From the sequence record MK562502: a stretch of DNA of 64,000 bases; one strand, 5' to 3'. This DNA is from Shigella phage KPS64. The first letter of the stretch is position 1. Each line of letters begins with the position of its first letter. Positions 8,877 through 23,287 of this stretch are shown here, piece by piece. The notes under the pieces were generated by a model, which was not told where the DNA came from, ran no database searches, and saw only the letters and a program-made list of their open reading frames with translations. Both the position numbers and the translations under genes were made by a program.

Positions 8877-9776
8877 ATGTCACAAGCAGATGTAAGCTAC
8901 AAAGCTATTTTAAACCATGTTTTATCAGTTGGTGAGTTGCGTAAAACCAGAACTGGCTCAGTGATTTCGACCTTTGCTCCACCTGAGTTCCGTTTTGATA
9001 TGCGTAGTGGATTTCCATTAATCACCTCAAAACAAACATTTATGCGTCAAGTCCTCGGTGAAGCATTATGGTTCATGAACGGTGAAAACCAACTAGGCCA
9101 TTTGCGTTACAGAACTTGGGGAGAGAACGACGGAGAGCGTTGGACTATCTGGACAGATGATTTTAAACGTTGGTTGAAAACAACCTATGCTACAGAGAAT
9201 GATTGGCTGGAGGACGCTGGAGGAAGAATCTATGGAGTCCAATGGAGAGCCTACGAAGGTCATGGTGGCGTTGTTGTAGACCAGTTGAGTAATCTTGTAG
9301 AGAAGATGAGAAAGTCTCCTACAGACCGTTACATGCTCGTTAACGCATGGAATGCAGCAGATATCTCAAGTAACTCTATGGCATTAGCACCTTGTCATGT
9401 ACTTTTTCAGATTTATATCTCGAACACTAATGAGGTGGATTTGAAATGGTATCAGCGCTCTTGTGATACATTCTTAGGGTTACCATTTAACATTGCTTCC
9501 TATGCCTTTATCTTGGAGGTGTTGTGTAAACTGACGGGATATACACCGCGATATCTGGTAGGGACTTATGGTGATACTCAAATCTATCAGAACCATATGT
9601 CGCAGGTTTTTCAGCTTCTTGGCAATGAAGAGTTTCCAGCACCTAAGTTTGAAATTCATCAAGATTTAAAGTCTCTTGAAGATTTGAGACATATGACAGC
9701 AGATGACTTCCTAGGTGGGTTGAAAGGGTATAAACATGCTGGTAAGATTGAAGCACCTTTATCAGTAGGTAAGTAG
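8877..9776 (+). CDS. thyA: thymidylate synthase
   Basis: Active-site region ALAPCHVLFQIY and LPFNIASYAFILEV. Confidence 0.8.
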   Translation: MSQADVSYKAILNHVLSVGELRKTRTGSVISTFAPPEFRFDMRSGFPLITSKQTFMRQVLGEALWFMNGENQLGHLRYRTWGENDGERWTIWTDDFKRWLKTTYATENDWLEDAGGRIYGVQWRAYEGHGGVVVDQLSNLVEKMRKSPTDRYMLVNAWNAADISSNSMALAPCHVLFQIYISNTNEVDLKWYQRSCDTFLGLPFNIASYAFILEVLCKLTGYTPRYLVGTYGDTQIYQNHMSQVFQLLGNEEFPAPKFEIHQDLKSLEDLRHMTADDFLGGLKGYKHAGKIEAPLSVGK

Positions 9777-9782
9777 AAACAA

Positions 9783-9810
9783 AAAAGGCTCCCGTAAAAA
9801 GGAGCCTTAG
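9783..9810. terminator. bidirectional intrinsic terminator between convergent genes
   Basis: A-run, aggctcc-loop-ggagcct hairpin, T/A run on both strands. Confidence 0.55.
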
Positions 9811-9812
9811 AA

Positions 9813-10187
9813 TTATTTCTTTTTAGTGCTTTGGGTATTTTGTTCTGTAATTGCTTGCAAAGCTGATACAGATTGTGCTAAGTTGTTAACACTGTCAGAG
9901 AACTTATCAAGGGTCTTAGTCAACTTAGCGTTTTCTCCCTTAACATTCTCTAGCTGAACTTTCTGGTTCTCCATCCCTAATTGTAGGAGCTTCATATCAG
10001 ATTGTAAGTCACGAATAGCTGAATAGTTACCTTTTGAGTAACCATCCAACTGCTGTAACTTATTTGTGATAGACACTTCCTGTTTACCATCAGAGACCTG
10101 CATTGTAGTGTACATACCAATTACACTGAAAATACCTACAACGATTGCACCAATATTATTCTTAAAAGCATCTTCAAGCCACTTCAT
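9813..10187 (-). CDS. membrane-anchored coiled-coil protein (124 aa)
   Basis: N-terminal hydrophobic segment IGAIVVGIFSVIGMY followed by heptad-like Q/L-rich region. Confidence 0.4.
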   Translation of the reverse strand: MKWLEDAFKNNIGAIVVGIFSVIGMYTTMQVSDGKQEVSITNKLQQLDGYSKGNYSAIRDLQSDMKLLQLGMENQKVQLENVKGENAKLTKTLDKFSDSVNNLAQSVSALQAITEQNTQSTKKK

Positions 10188-10381
10188 TATTTCTCACCTT
10201 TAAAAGCCTTTTCCAAGGTATCTACAAATTCATCATCAATAGGTGTATCTGTTTTACTCGCAAGGTATCTTGCAAGCTTAAAGAACACTTTTTCAATCAT
10301 GTATTCACTGAGAAGAGAAAAAAGAAGCTTCCAAAAGAATGCCCCAAGGTTTTTCATGAGGATTGCTAGAATGGTTGGCAT
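10187..10381 (-). CDS. small hydrophobic protein (64 aa)
   Basis: Hydrophobic N-terminus; function unknown. Confidence 0.3.
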   Translation of the reverse strand: MPTILAILMKNLGAFFWKLLFSLLSEYMIEKVFFKLARYLASKTDTPIDDEFVDTLEKAFKGEK

Positions 10382-10467
10382 TTAATCACCTTACTTCTTG
10401 AGCCAAGATGGTGAGAATACCTACTAAGAAATATTAACACCATCTTGACAGTTAGTCAACAAGGTAA

Positions 10468-12846
10468 TTATGCAGTTCTTACCCAAGCCATTAATTTAAT
10501 GTAAGTGTTAAGAACACTGAATGCTGCACCAGAACCAGTTGCACCAGTGTTACCACTGAATGTGTGGTTGTGAGCACCAATACCTACACCGTGACCGTGA
10601 GCACCTACCCAACTTGTTCTCCCTGTCCAAGTTCTTGATGCGTAGAAGTTGACAGGTGTACCATAAGTGAATTGTGAACCAGTATAACCCCTAGAGGCTT
10701 GTGAACCTGAGATAGCGAATGCCCCACTTGCTGTATAAAAGCTATTTGAGTCACTTCTGAAGAAACCAAAGTCACCAGAGATTTCCATGTTACCTCTGTC
10801 ATGGTCGTGAGCACCTTGAGCGTCTGTGTACTTAGTACCATAATCAAAGGTAGTGGTTGTTCCAGAGAAGCTGTGAGTGTGCGCAGGGATATGACCAACA
10901 CTTAATGCAACTGTATCAGCACCACCAAGCCCTTTCACATCGGAACCATTTGCAGAACCGATTCTAATAGTTCTGTTTGCACCCTCTGTCAAGTAAGTCC
11001 AAGTAGTGCCTGGGAAAGCTGTATTTGGGTTGACATTAGAAGCAAAGAACGTCACAATACCAACTGGATACACTTTCTTAAGGTCTGTAGAATCAGTTAC
11101 AGCGGAAGCAATACGTTGGTCTACTTCAGCCTTGGTGTAAGCACCAAGTTCAGAGGGTGTAGGTTTGTCTTGGTCTGTGTAGATTTTAGCCCAAACCTCT
11201 TCAAAACCAAATCCATCCCTTGCTGTTCTATAATAGATTCCAGTATTCTTGTAGTTAAATTTAAACTGTGCAGTCGGTGTAGATGTACCAACTCCAAGGT
11301 GCATTTGGTAAACTAAGTGAGTAGACCCACCAGTTGAATTTGTAACACTGTACAAACCTGTTTTTGCATTCCAAGCAATACCTGTTGCATCACCGACTTC
11401 GGTTCCAGTTCCAGATACACCAGACAACATATATCTTGAGTTTGCAGCAGACTGTGTGTAGTATCTTGAGTCAAAGTTTGACCAATCTGTAGGCTGAACC
11501 TGACCAGTTACTGATACGCTTCTGTTGAACATGAAAGTGTCAGCAATTTCTAACTGTACACCACCACTTGAATAGTTGTACAGGAACAGAGAATTTGGCC
11601 TACTGCCTTCACCGTTACCAATATACCAACGTCTGTTGCCGTCTGCATTAGCGCCAACAATATACAGTGATGAATTAGCTGTCCCACTTTGCAATGTGAA
11701 AGCAGCATCTGTAGTAACAATAGTTTGTGGGTTAGTAAAAACGTTTGCAGCATTAGTTCTTGCAAGCACGTTCGTTAAAGAGCTTGGAACATATCTTGTA
11801 TCAAAGTTTGCGAAGTCACTTGGTTTTACCTGACCAGATACATTAATAGCTTTGTTAAATGAAAACTCTGTAGCAATTTTCAAGTTAACATTTGTCATCT
11901 GGTTTGCTAAAACAATCTCAGACTGCGTACCATCTGGTTGACCCACATACCAAGCACCTGTCCCAGCACTGTTGTAACCACGCATAAATAATGCAGCATT
12001 CTCTGAAGCCGCTCTTAAGTTAAGTGCATTACTATCTGCAATAACATAAGTCTTCCCGTTGAAGTTGTTAACCCCAACAAAGTTATTACTTGCATTAAGT
12101 CTTGCAAATCTCTGGTCAGCAGCAGTCTGTGTAAAGAATCTTGCATCAAGGTTATTCCAGTTATTAGGCTGAACCTGACCATTGATTTCAAAGTTCTTAT
12201 CAACACTAACAGAGTTTGTACCAAGAGTCAACGTAGCACCTTTGCTGTTAACTAATGTAACATCAGTACCAGAAGTCAAGTTACCAACTGTGAATCTCAA
12301 AGCATTATTTGAGTCTCTTGCTTCAATATATGCTCCACCATCTGGTAAGATACTTTTAAGTGTTAAACCAACACCGTTGATATTAATGATTTGTCTTGCC
12401 AAGAAAGTATTTTCAGTTTCCTTCATAGCATATCTTGCATCATTTTCAGTGTTAGTTCTCATACCTAATTCATTAGGAGATGGTTTATTAAGTGTGTGAT
12501 AAACTGTTGCAGACCTTGTGGCATCATTTACAGTTAATCTTAAAGCACTTGCATTAATTCTAAAGGTCTTGGCAGTGTCACCGAGAATAACTTCAGAAGA
12601 ACCTGTTGGGTCTAATAAGTCTTTTCCACCGTATCTTAATTTAACGATGCCAAGATTCCCTGTCATATCCCCACCAGTTAGTTGTAAGAATCTTTCTAGT
12701 TTGAAAGAGGCAAGGAAATTTGCATAGGTCATTTTACGGTCTTCATCACCTAGCATATCAGACCTTTTGATAATTCTTAGGTGAAGTAAATCTTCTGAGC
12801 GAACTGTATCAATACTGTTTAGCTCACTTAGCTTATATTCAGCCAT
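10468..12846 (-). CDS. tail fiber protein (792 aa) with C-terminal HxH repeats
   Basis: Repetitive N/T/S-rich fiber-like sequence; C-terminal HTHSFSG, GAHDHD, GAHGHGVGIGAHNHTFSG motifs as in metal-binding fiber tips. Confidence 0.65.
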   Translation of the reverse strand: MAEYKLSELNSIDTVRSEDLLHLRIIKRSDMLGDEDRKMTYANFLASFKLERFLQLTGGDMTGNLGIVKLRYGGKDLLDPTGSSEVILGDTAKTFRINASALRLTVNDATRSATVYHTLNKPSPNELGMRTNTENDARYAMKETENTFLARQIININGVGLTLKSILPDGGAYIEARDSNNALRFTVGNLTSGTDVTLVNSKGATLTLGTNSVSVDKNFEINGQVQPNNWNNLDARFFTQTAADQRFARLNASNNFVGVNNFNGKTYVIADSNALNLRAASENAALFMRGYNSAGTGAWYVGQPDGTQSEIVLANQMTNVNLKIATEFSFNKAINVSGQVKPSDFANFDTRYVPSSLTNVLARTNAANVFTNPQTIVTTDAAFTLQSGTANSSLYIVGANADGNRRWYIGNGEGSRPNSLFLYNYSSGGVQLEIADTFMFNRSVSVTGQVQPTDWSNFDSRYYTQSAANSRYMLSGVSGTGTEVGDATGIAWNAKTGLYSVTNSTGGSTHLVYQMHLGVGTSTPTAQFKFNYKNTGIYYRTARDGFGFEEVWAKIYTDQDKPTPSELGAYTKAEVDQRIASAVTDSTDLKKVYPVGIVTFFASNVNPNTAFPGTTWTYLTEGANRTIRIGSANGSDVKGLGGADTVALSVGHIPAHTHSFSGTTTTFDYGTKYTDAQGAHDHDRGNMEISGDFGFFRSDSNSFYTASGAFAISGSQASRGYTGSQFTYGTPVNFYASRTWTGRTSWVGAHGHGVGIGAHNHTFSGNTGATGSGAAFSVLNTYIKLMAWVRTA

Positions 12847-12891
12847 TTATAAATCCTCTTTCTAGGGGCTGTGTAGCCCCTTATAAAATAA

Positions 12892-14067
12892 TTACGCAGT
12901 TCTCTTCCAAACATATACAACATAAGAAGGTTGCTCAATATTAAATGCTTGTCCAGCACCAAATGCACCAGTTGTACCTGAGTGAGTGTGCTCAGAAGAT
13001 TGAACTGTCACAGTACCTGAGTGTCCATGTGAACCAATTGCAACGCTGTGTCCATGTGCTCCGATATACACACTGTGAGAGTGGTTACCACCAACTGAAG
13101 AGTTAACATTGAAGGTATGTGTGTGAACCCCATCAAAGTCTGTATATGACGCATTCCCAACACCTGCATCAGCCGTTGCCGTAATAGCATTCACACCACC
13201 CCTGTCAGAACCCCTCAATGGAATCCTGTGGCTGTGACTACCAGCACTGCTTACAGAACCATTAACGTTATGAGCGTGGCTTCCAGATTCGTTTGTGGCC
13301 TTAGAACCGTAATCAAAACTTGATGTGCTCTTAGTCCCATAGTCAAAGCTAGAAATTACTACTGTTGCATTATGGGAGTGTCCACCACCAGTTAACAATA
13401 CAGAGTGTGTGTGGCTTGGAATGTTATTTTGTGTAAGTGTTACAGTAGCAGAACCAAATACTGATTCTACAGGTCTTGTATCTGTGTCATAACCGACAAG
13501 AGACCTTCCTTTAGAAACTAACTCCCAAGTACCACCACAAAGTAAATATGTAGATGGGTTTGCAGGGTTAACTGACAAATGAATAGTACCAATCGGATAG
13601 CTATTCTGGATAGCCCTGTATAAAGCATTCACAGCTTTTGCAGTAGCATACTTATCAGCATCTTCAGAGTAAGAGTTTGAATATGTCCAGTTTTGAATAT
13701 TAGACAAACCTACTTGAATCTTGTTAGTGTTGTGAGGGTTATTCTTGTCATTAATGTGATTCTGGATAAGAGCATTAACTTCATCACTTGATAGAATATT
13801 AAGGTTCTGCCTAGCCTCTTCAACACTAACCACGTCTGACAAGTTATTAGCAGCCACTAATTGGAGTGCGTTAACAACATTACCAAGTTCTACGTGAACC
13901 TTTGTAACACCGTGTGGGTTATTTCTTAAAGATGCGTGTGGAGCAAGTAATTGCTCAAGTGTGCATCGTTTATCCTCAATACCTTGCTTAAGGTGAAAGA
14001 TATCACTTAAATCAATAGGCAACGAGGCTTGAGGTAATGCACTAATTTGAATTTCACCGACTGGCAT
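12892..14067 (-). CDS. tail fiber protein (391 aa) with HxH repeats
   Basis: Multiple HTHS, GHSHN, SHAHN, HTHTF, NHSHS, AHGHS, SHGHS motifs. Confidence 0.6.
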   Translation of the reverse strand: MPVGEIQISALPQASLPIDLSDIFHLKQGIEDKRCTLEQLLAPHASLRNNPHGVTKVHVELGNVVNALQLVAANNLSDVVSVEEARQNLNILSSDEVNALIQNHINDKNNPHNTNKIQVGLSNIQNWTYSNSYSEDADKYATAKAVNALYRAIQNSYPIGTIHLSVNPANPSTYLLCGGTWELVSKGRSLVGYDTDTRPVESVFGSATVTLTQNNIPSHTHSVLLTGGGHSHNATVVISSFDYGTKSTSSFDYGSKATNESGSHAHNVNGSVSSAGSHSHRIPLRGSDRGGVNAITATADAGVGNASYTDFDGVHTHTFNVNSSVGGNHSHSVYIGAHGHSVAIGSHGHSGTVTVQSSEHTHSGTTGAFGAGQAFNIEQPSYVVYVWKRTA

Positions 14068-14069
14068 TA

Positions 14070-14369
14070 TTAGCTCCCTTTATATTCGTATGTGTAAAGG
14101 TTAGTCGTGCTAGTGGGTGCAGTTCCTGTTACTGTGTCAATTAATTCCCAACCATTGGAAACTAAATCAGGTTGCTCCATAGCAAATGAACGAACCTCTC
14201 CAACCGTACCATTTACTTTGTTAAGCAAATAGTTGATAATATAGTTAAACCACTGACGACCCATAGGCTCACCCCTTAATAGGCCAGTGGCTTGAATTTC
14301 TGGAGGTGGTAAAACTTTAAGCTGGTTACCATCAGCATCAACTGTATCTGTAGACCATGAAAGAGACAT
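14070..14369 (-). CDS. tail/baseplate-associated small protein (99 aa)
   Basis: Position between fiber and baseplate genes only. Confidence 0.3.
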   Translation of the reverse strand: MSLSWSTDTVDADGNQLKVLPPPEIQATGLLRGEPMGRQWFNYIINYLLNKVNGTVGEVRSFAMEQPDLVSNGWELIDTVTGTAPTSTTNLYTYEYKGS

Positions 14370-15265
14370 TATGAACTTCCTTCTTGTTGAGATTTATCTT
14401 TTCTGCCTTTGACGATTTGGGCGACTTCTGCCATAATCCCATAATCACCACCTGCTACTGTTTCTTTACCAGCAATGAAATAGTCGTTGCTATTGTTTGT
14501 TTTGCTGACTTTTAAATAATCTTTACTGGTACTTCCACCAGTTTTATCCACTCTTACATAACCATCTCTTACACCTGCATCTGCAAAACTACCTAATTTA
14601 TTTGCTTCTAGAGAGCCACCTGTGTTGTTCGTAATAAGACCCTTGTTAGTGTTTGTTACAAACCAGTTATTGTTCTCATCAGTAATTGCCAGAGATGAAT
14701 CGGCAACCTCTACAGGAGTCCAAGCAGTACCATTTAAGGTAACATCTCTAAGGATAACTGCTGAACCAATAGTTGTTGCAGCAATCTTAGAAAGTGTGTA
14801 TGCTGTATCTAACACGTTATTACGAGTGTTTACACGGATAACAATTCCACCAGTCATTGGCGTAATGTGCTCAAAAATCTGACTGAATGATGCGTTGTAA
14901 AGGGTCATAACAGCCCTTTGTAAGAAGCTTGGTGTGGTGTCAGAACGTCTTAAGAAAATTTGAATGTAGAGGATAGCTCTGTAAGTGTCATCATCAGCAC
15001 CAATAGGTCTAGGGACTTTAATCAAAGCCCCGATGTTATCAAGTTGTGTGCCAACACCTACACGAATATTTCTTTCAGTATATAACTGATTACTGATATC
15101 CTCTAATAATTGTAACTCATCTGTGATAGATTTCAATAGACTCGTGTAAATAAACTTATCTTTGAATTGAGTTACAGTTCTTTCGTCCAATGTTTTCTCA
15201 TAAAAGTTTTCAATCTTTTTAAACATTGTTACTCCTTGGTAATTGTATACTGTGAGCTTTCCCAA
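14369..15265 (-). CDS. baseplate or fiber-attachment protein (298 aa)
   Basis: Position in baseplate module; product inferred from synteny. Confidence 0.4.
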   Translation of the reverse strand: MGKLTVYNYQGVTMFKKIENFYEKTLDERTVTQFKDKFIYTSLLKSITDELQLLEDISNQLYTERNIRVGVGTQLDNIGALIKVPRPIGADDDTYRAILYIQIFLRRSDTTPSFLQRAVMTLYNASFSQIFEHITPMTGGIVIRVNTRNNVLDTAYTLSKIAATTIGSAVILRDVTLNGTAWTPVEVADSSLAITDENNNWFVTNTNKGLITNNTGGSLEANKLGSFADAGVRDGYVRVDKTGGSTSKDYLKVSKTNNSNDYFIAGKETVAGGDYGIMAEVAQIVKGRKDKSQQEGSS

Positions 15266-16698
15266 ACAGTGTACTGGTCACCATCAATAGTGATTCTTGA
15301 GGTTGTGTACTGCCCCTCAGCAGGTGGAATTGCTTGGTTATTTGAAAGTGCAACCTTAATCTCATTAATCTCGATACCTTGAATCACATCATAGATATGT
15401 CCATAGATTCTGTTAGGGATTACATCGTTACCAACTTTCAAAGTTCTACCGTAGGCATTAATACCTTGAACAATTCTGTCATGAATATCCTGTTCAGGGA
15501 TGTTAAGAGTTTCTTCATCATAAAGAGAGTAAGTAACCTTGACAAAAACGTATTTAGGCATTGGCCTACTAAAGTAAACGTCGTGAGGGAGAGAACCTAA
15601 GTCATATGCAGTCCCAAAGATTGAACCATATGGGCGAATACCAGCAGGTTTCGTGTCCCAGATTGCCTGTGCAATATTATCATTCTGACCACCAACTACA
15701 ACAATCTTAAAAGACTTCGGAGGAAGACCATCAGAGTTTGTTGTCTCAGTATCATTTTCTACACCAGAAGCATCAGACACACCTTGAACTCTCTTGACAG
15801 CAGCTACAATAGCATCTAGAGTACCTACACCAGTAACAGCCAGAGATTCTAAGTAACGTTGTCTCAGTTCTGTGTCAGTTTCCTCATCACGACCTGTTGT
15901 CAAGTCATATCTGTTGAAAACACTATCGAGACCATCTACAGTTGTTTCAATCTCAATCAAGGTTCCTGCCAGAGTCTGGATGGCTCCAGTTTCATCTGCT
16001 ACAACGTCACTAATTGAAGTAATCTTTGTAAATGTTAAGAATGTCGTTGCGGTAACAACCATAGGGTTAGTTCTGGCAATGATATCTCCAGTGTCTTTAT
16101 AGATTCTCAGAACTGAACCATCATTAGTAACTTCAGCCTTTGCAATAATACCACCATTAATAGCATCTGCAAGTTTCTGTAGCAATGTTGTAATGGTATC
16201 AGAACTAGTCGGCTGATATGAATACTCAATGTTGTCAATGATAATAACATAGTTTGCATCTGTTCGTAAAGAGTTAACTTCTAAGTTTGCCTCTACACAG
16301 TAAGATGGAGTCAGTGTGAAAGTTGACACAGGGTAAAAGATATTACCTGCTGTGCTTCTTAATCTTGTAGTGGCTGGTACAGGAGCACCAGAATTACCAG
16401 TGAACTCAGCTTGGCCTCTTGTAGCCTGTGCCACATATCTGTATACAGCATTCAAAGCTGTTACATCATCTAAACTGAATCCTTCAGCTTTGTCAATAGT
16501 ACCACCGTCATAGATTTCTGACAAGATTTCATGAACGTCTGCAAGACCTCGGCAAACAGAAGCTAAGAATAACCCAAGTTCGCTATCTTCAGAAACATCA
16601 AGGTTTGGTGAGATATCTCTATACAGACTTGCTTTAACATCATCCAAGATTTCTTGATATCTTTTTGTTTGTAAACCTGTAGTTGTTAATCCAGCCAT
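15229..16698 (-). CDS. baseplate J-like protein (489 aa)
   Basis: Size and position upstream of a W/gp25-like gene; synteny inference. Confidence 0.45.
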   Translation of the reverse strand: MAGLTTTGLQTKRYQEILDDVKASLYRDISPNLDVSEDSELGLFLASVCRGLADVHEILSEIYDGGTIDKAEGFSLDDVTALNAVYRYVAQATRGQAEFTGNSGAPVPATTRLRSTAGNIFYPVSTFTLTPSYCVEANLEVNSLRTDANYVIIIDNIEYSYQPTSSDTITTLLQKLADAINGGIIAKAEVTNDGSVLRIYKDTGDIIARTNPMVVTATTFLTFTKITSISDVVADETGAIQTLAGTLIEIETTVDGLDSVFNRYDLTTGRDEETDTELRQRYLESLAVTGVGTLDAIVAAVKRVQGVSDASGVENDTETTNSDGLPPKSFKIVVVGGQNDNIAQAIWDTKPAGIRPYGSIFGTAYDLGSLPHDVYFSRPMPKYVFVKVTYSLYDEETLNIPEQDIHDRIVQGINAYGRTLKVGNDVIPNRIYGHIYDVIQGIEINEIKVALSNNQAIPPAEGQYTTSRITIDGDQYTVWESSQYTITKE

Positions 16699-17113
16699 TA
16701 AATATTTACCTCTGTATTAATTTCAACATCGTCAGCAGTTGTCGTTGCATTAAATCTTACTGACACTTTTCTCATTGCATTATCCATTGTTGAAGAGTAG
16801 TTGTAGATGTTTGTTACATCTCTCGTTTCAACAAGGTAACCTTTCATATAATTATCAAAAATAGAGGTCTTCTGCTTGAACTTAGCAAGCTGTAAATAAG
16901 GGAATCCAGCAGATGTATTAAAGAATACCTCTCCAGCCCTTAGAAGACACCTAATATGTAATCTTTGAGCTACCTGAGTAGCTTTATCGTCTTCTGGGAT
17001 AATTCTAATCTGATTACCCGTAATTTTTAAATCTCCGTGAGCAACGTATACAGAATCATTTCCTAATTTAGCTACGTAGTCACCACCAAGATTGATTGCA
17101 AAATCTGTTTTCA

Positions 17114-17114
<1 letters not shown>
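16698..17114 (-). CDS. baseplate protein, W/gp25-like (138 aa)
   Basis: Size and order typical of the P2 W / T4 gp25 family. Confidence 0.45.
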
Positions 17115-19875
<2,761 letters not shown>

Positions 19876-19876
<1 letters not shown>

Positions 19877-22113
19877 TATTCATCCTCTGGGTAGCTAGAG
19901 TTTAACAGAATATCTTCCTGACTCTTATCAGTGATATCCACCATCTTAGTAGCAATCTGCTTACCATCCAGATTAAAGGAAACGTGAAGCGTCTGCTTAG
20001 TTTGCAATGGTAGTCCAGAAGGAGTCATCATCATAGGTGTCTGGTTAAACTTGTTTGCAAAGTTATTTAGAGACTCAGACAGATTGTTCATGATAATATC
20101 CCAATTTGACAAACCATTATCAACTCTCTGAATATTTCCAGAAGTGTCTGTGGTATATTGTGCAAACTGAAGTTGTCCATTCTGGTCAAAGAACATTGGA
20201 CGTTTTGGATTAGTGATTCCTGAGATAGCTTCATTGAAAGGATTAGGTGTGTTAACCTCGTTAAATCTCTTTCCAGCATTCTTGTCAACTGAACCAGATA
20301 ACATTAATGCAGAACCACCTACACCAAGAGCCATTCTGGTTGCTGATACACCAGCCGTTGTAGCTGCTGTTTCTGCTGCTGTAGTTAATCCAAACTTCTG
20401 TGCAATCTTAGCTAAGATACCTTCTTCAAAGATACTCTTGACAAATGCTACAGTACCACCAAAGATTTTAGCGACTTTTGTAATAGCTGCAATTGAGACA
20501 CCAATAGCGGTGAACGTAGCAACTAACTCAGCAGAATCCTTGATTAGTTTCTGTTGACTAGCATCTAATTCCTTGAAATAACCCATTGAGGTGTAGTACA
20601 ATGAAGAAATGCGGTACATGATATCTGTCACGAAGTCTAGGAGGTTACTAGCACCTTTTAAAAGGTAACCAATACCTGTACCAAGCGCTTCAGATGTACC
20701 AAGGGAACCTTGCAAGAACATTGCAACTGAGTTAGAGAGTTGTGAAATACCTTCGCTAGAGTTGTTGAAGAGTGCTACAAGGGTGTTATCCCACATTGCC
20801 TTTGCTTGACCCATAGAGGTAGCTGTCTGCTTAGAAACTGCATTCATACCACCTGCTGCTTCAACAAGCTCTCTCATTTTTTCTGAGACTTTTGGTAGAA
20901 CGTCTTTTGCAAGAAGTTTACCATCTTTCATCAGCTTATCAAGTTCTTGTGGGGTTTTACCAATAGCATCAGAGAATAACTGAACAGCACCTGCCAAACG
21001 GTCACCTAACTGACCACGAAGTTCTTCAGCCTGAATCTTACCTTTAGATGCCATTTGCTGGAAAGCAACCATGATACCTTTCAAGTCTTCATCAGAAGCA
21101 CCACGAATACGTGAGAACATAGCAGCATTCTTATAGAACTCCTGAGTACCTTGGAAACCTAACTCTGGTTGAGCACCAGCAGCGAAGTTTGAGTACTGCT
21201 TCATAGTGTCTGTGTAGTTCTGACCAATCTGGTGAGAGAACGTAGCAGCGAACATTCTAGCTTGCTGTGTATCCCCTCCAAAGATAGCTGTTGAGGCTAA
21301 CTGTGCAGACTGTCTCTTTACACCTGCATCAATAGTCTTCTGAGCTAATTCCAGCATAGCATACGCTGAAACAAAACCACCTACAAGCTGTCTTAGTGAA
21401 GAGTTTGCTCTGTCTTGTAACCAAGCTGACTCTCTGACTGCCTTAAGTCTAGCATTTTCTGCAATAACCCAACGTTTGGTAGTGTCAATGAGTTTCTTGA
21501 CTTCCATCTCATACTCACCAACTTTACCACTACCTTTGTACTTATTATAGATTCCTTGTAAGCTTCCTCTGAAGGAAGTAGCCATTTGGTTACCTTGTCC
21601 ACCAATTGTTTCAAGACGACGAGTCAAACCAGAATAGAAGTTGTTATTAAACATTCTTTCCATTTGTCTTTGAGCAATATCAGGTCTAACTCTAGGTGAA
21701 CCACCACCTCCAACCGGAGGGATAGTATTACCACGGCCTCTACCAACTCCACCACGAACATTGACTTTACCTTCAACATTCATAGCTTGTCTTAGAGCCT
21801 TATTAATTTCTTTGGCTGTTTTCTTACCCTGTGTTTCTAATCTACGAAGTGATTTTACACCTTGTGAATCTAAATTCATAGCATTGTTTAGGGATTTATT
21901 GATTCTGCCTGAAGCAGTCTGAGCGTTTTTTACAAGTCTGTTTAGAGCGTCTTGTGAACTTCTATTAGGCTTCACATCAAAGGCTTTATTGATATTGCGT
22001 TCGATACGTTGAGCAGACTGCATAGCCATTTTCTCAACTCTTTGCAAACCCTTAACAACCTTTTCACTGAATCCAAGTTCAACAATAAAACTATCAACTG
22101 TATATTGTGCCAT
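19876..22113 (-). CDS. tail tape measure protein (745 aa)
   Basis: Long, helical, A/Q/K-rich protein downstream of two small chaperone-like ORFs and tube/sheath genes. Confidence 0.55.
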
Positions 22114-22340
22114 TAAATTTTACCTGCTTTTCTGAGTTCGTTGTAAGCCATTTCTTCTTTATATGACTTCTGGATTTCTAAATACTGACGTAGAGATAAT
22201 AAATCAACGAAGGTCATATCAAAAAGTTGGTTGAGTGTTTCTTTACACCCATCCATACCATAAATAGCAAGCACAAATTTCATCTCATCTGCTTCATCAT
22301 AAGTTGCCTTTACAGCCCCGTCAGTCAGCGGGGTCTGCAT
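22113..22340 (-). CDS. tail assembly chaperone-like small protein (75 aa)
   Basis: Position immediately upstream of tape measure. Confidence 0.35.
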   Translation of the reverse strand: MQTPLTDGAVKATYDEADEMKFVLAIYGMDGCKETLNQLFDMTFVDLLSLRQYLEIQKSYKEEMAYNELRKAGKI

Positions 22341-22348
22341 AGAATAAC

Positions 22349-22750
22349 TTAAGCTTCCTGCTGAGAAGTTAGGCTTTTGAAAATGCTTGCCTCGAAAAAA
22401 CTTCCGAAGTTTGCCTCCAAAGCAAAAGCTAAGAAGTCAATAAATTCACCGTAGTTCGCTTGGAAGTAACTATCAATTTTCAGTGGGAAGTCATTAACTG
22501 TTGCCCCCTGAAATAGTGTCTCTGCCATTGCATCAATATCTAGTTCATCAACCTTTTCAAAGCAAGCTTCAACGAGTTCTTTAAATGGGATTTTAGCTTC
22601 CCCATCTTTAGAGGTTAAACCAGAGAACATCTGTGCAAATGCTGGTACAACTGCTTTACCAAGTTTCATAGAGATACGAATACCATCTCTTGCTCCAAGA
22701 AGAATAATAGTTACCTTCTTGCCGTTAATCATTTTAGTTTCAGTCTTCAT
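22349..22750 (-). CDS. tail assembly chaperone-like protein (133 aa)
   Basis: Position between tube and tape measure genes. Confidence 0.4.
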   Translation of the reverse strand: MKTETKMINGKKVTIILLGARDGIRISMKLGKAVVPAFAQMFSGLTSKDGEAKIPFKELVEACFEKVDELDIDAMAETLFQGATVNDFPLKIDSYFQANYGEFIDFLAFALEANFGSFFEASIFKSLTSQQEA

Positions 22751-22826
22751 TGTGATTCCTTAAAAGTTATGCTATAAAAACACAAAAGGGGAAGACCTTT
22801 TACAGTCTCCCCCTTATTAGGATTTG

Positions 22827-23273
22827 TTAAACGCTTGACGCAGGGATTGTTGAAGTGTAGTCTAACTTCTCACAACCGAAAATCCAAGTTTTCGAGTTCT
22901 GGTCACGACCTAATTCAATCTGTGGAAGCTCTTGCAACCAAGCATTAATACCTGTTGCCAGAACTGAACCAGATGGGTCGTAAATTACAAAGTTAGATGA
23001 GATATCTTCTTCAAGTTCCATGTCATCTTGTTTAGCTTGAATTGCAGAAAGCATCTGGTTTGATAGAGAAGTCTGCATTAGCTCAATCTCAATCGTACCT
23101 GTCTTGTCTGCATTTCTTGTCAGAGCCACTTGACCACCTGCACCTACAACTTGCGTAACAAGTGGAGAGTTTCTCTGAAGACGCAAGAATGAGTCTGGTG
23201 CAAAACCTTCAATGGCAATGCCATTCCAGCTACAAACTACATCTTTAGGGGAATATTGCTGATACATAGCCAT
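22827..23273 (-). CDS. tail tube protein (148 aa)
   Basis: Small protein directly downstream of sheath gene. Confidence 0.5.
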   Translation of the reverse strand: MAMYQQYSPKDVVCSWNGIAIEGFAPDSFLRLQRNSPLVTQVVGAGGQVALTRNADKTGTIEIELMQTSLSNQMLSAIQAKQDDMELEEDISSNFVIYDPSGSVLATGINAWLQELPQIELGRDQNSKTWIFGCEKLDYTSTIPASSV

Positions 23274-23287
23274 TCCTAATTACTCCT

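Noticed and set aside
10605-12727. Several 60-105-aa ORFs (10605..10901, 11116..11316, 11550..11833, 12015..12224, 12182..12499, 12518..12727) within the tail fiber gene
   Set aside because: All nested in or antisense to the 792-aa fiber ORF; no independent start context.
22113-22750. Programmed frameshift joining the two tail-chaperone ORFs
   Set aside because: The ORFs do not overlap (8-nt gap) and the downstream one has its own ATG; no slippery heptamer seen at the junction.
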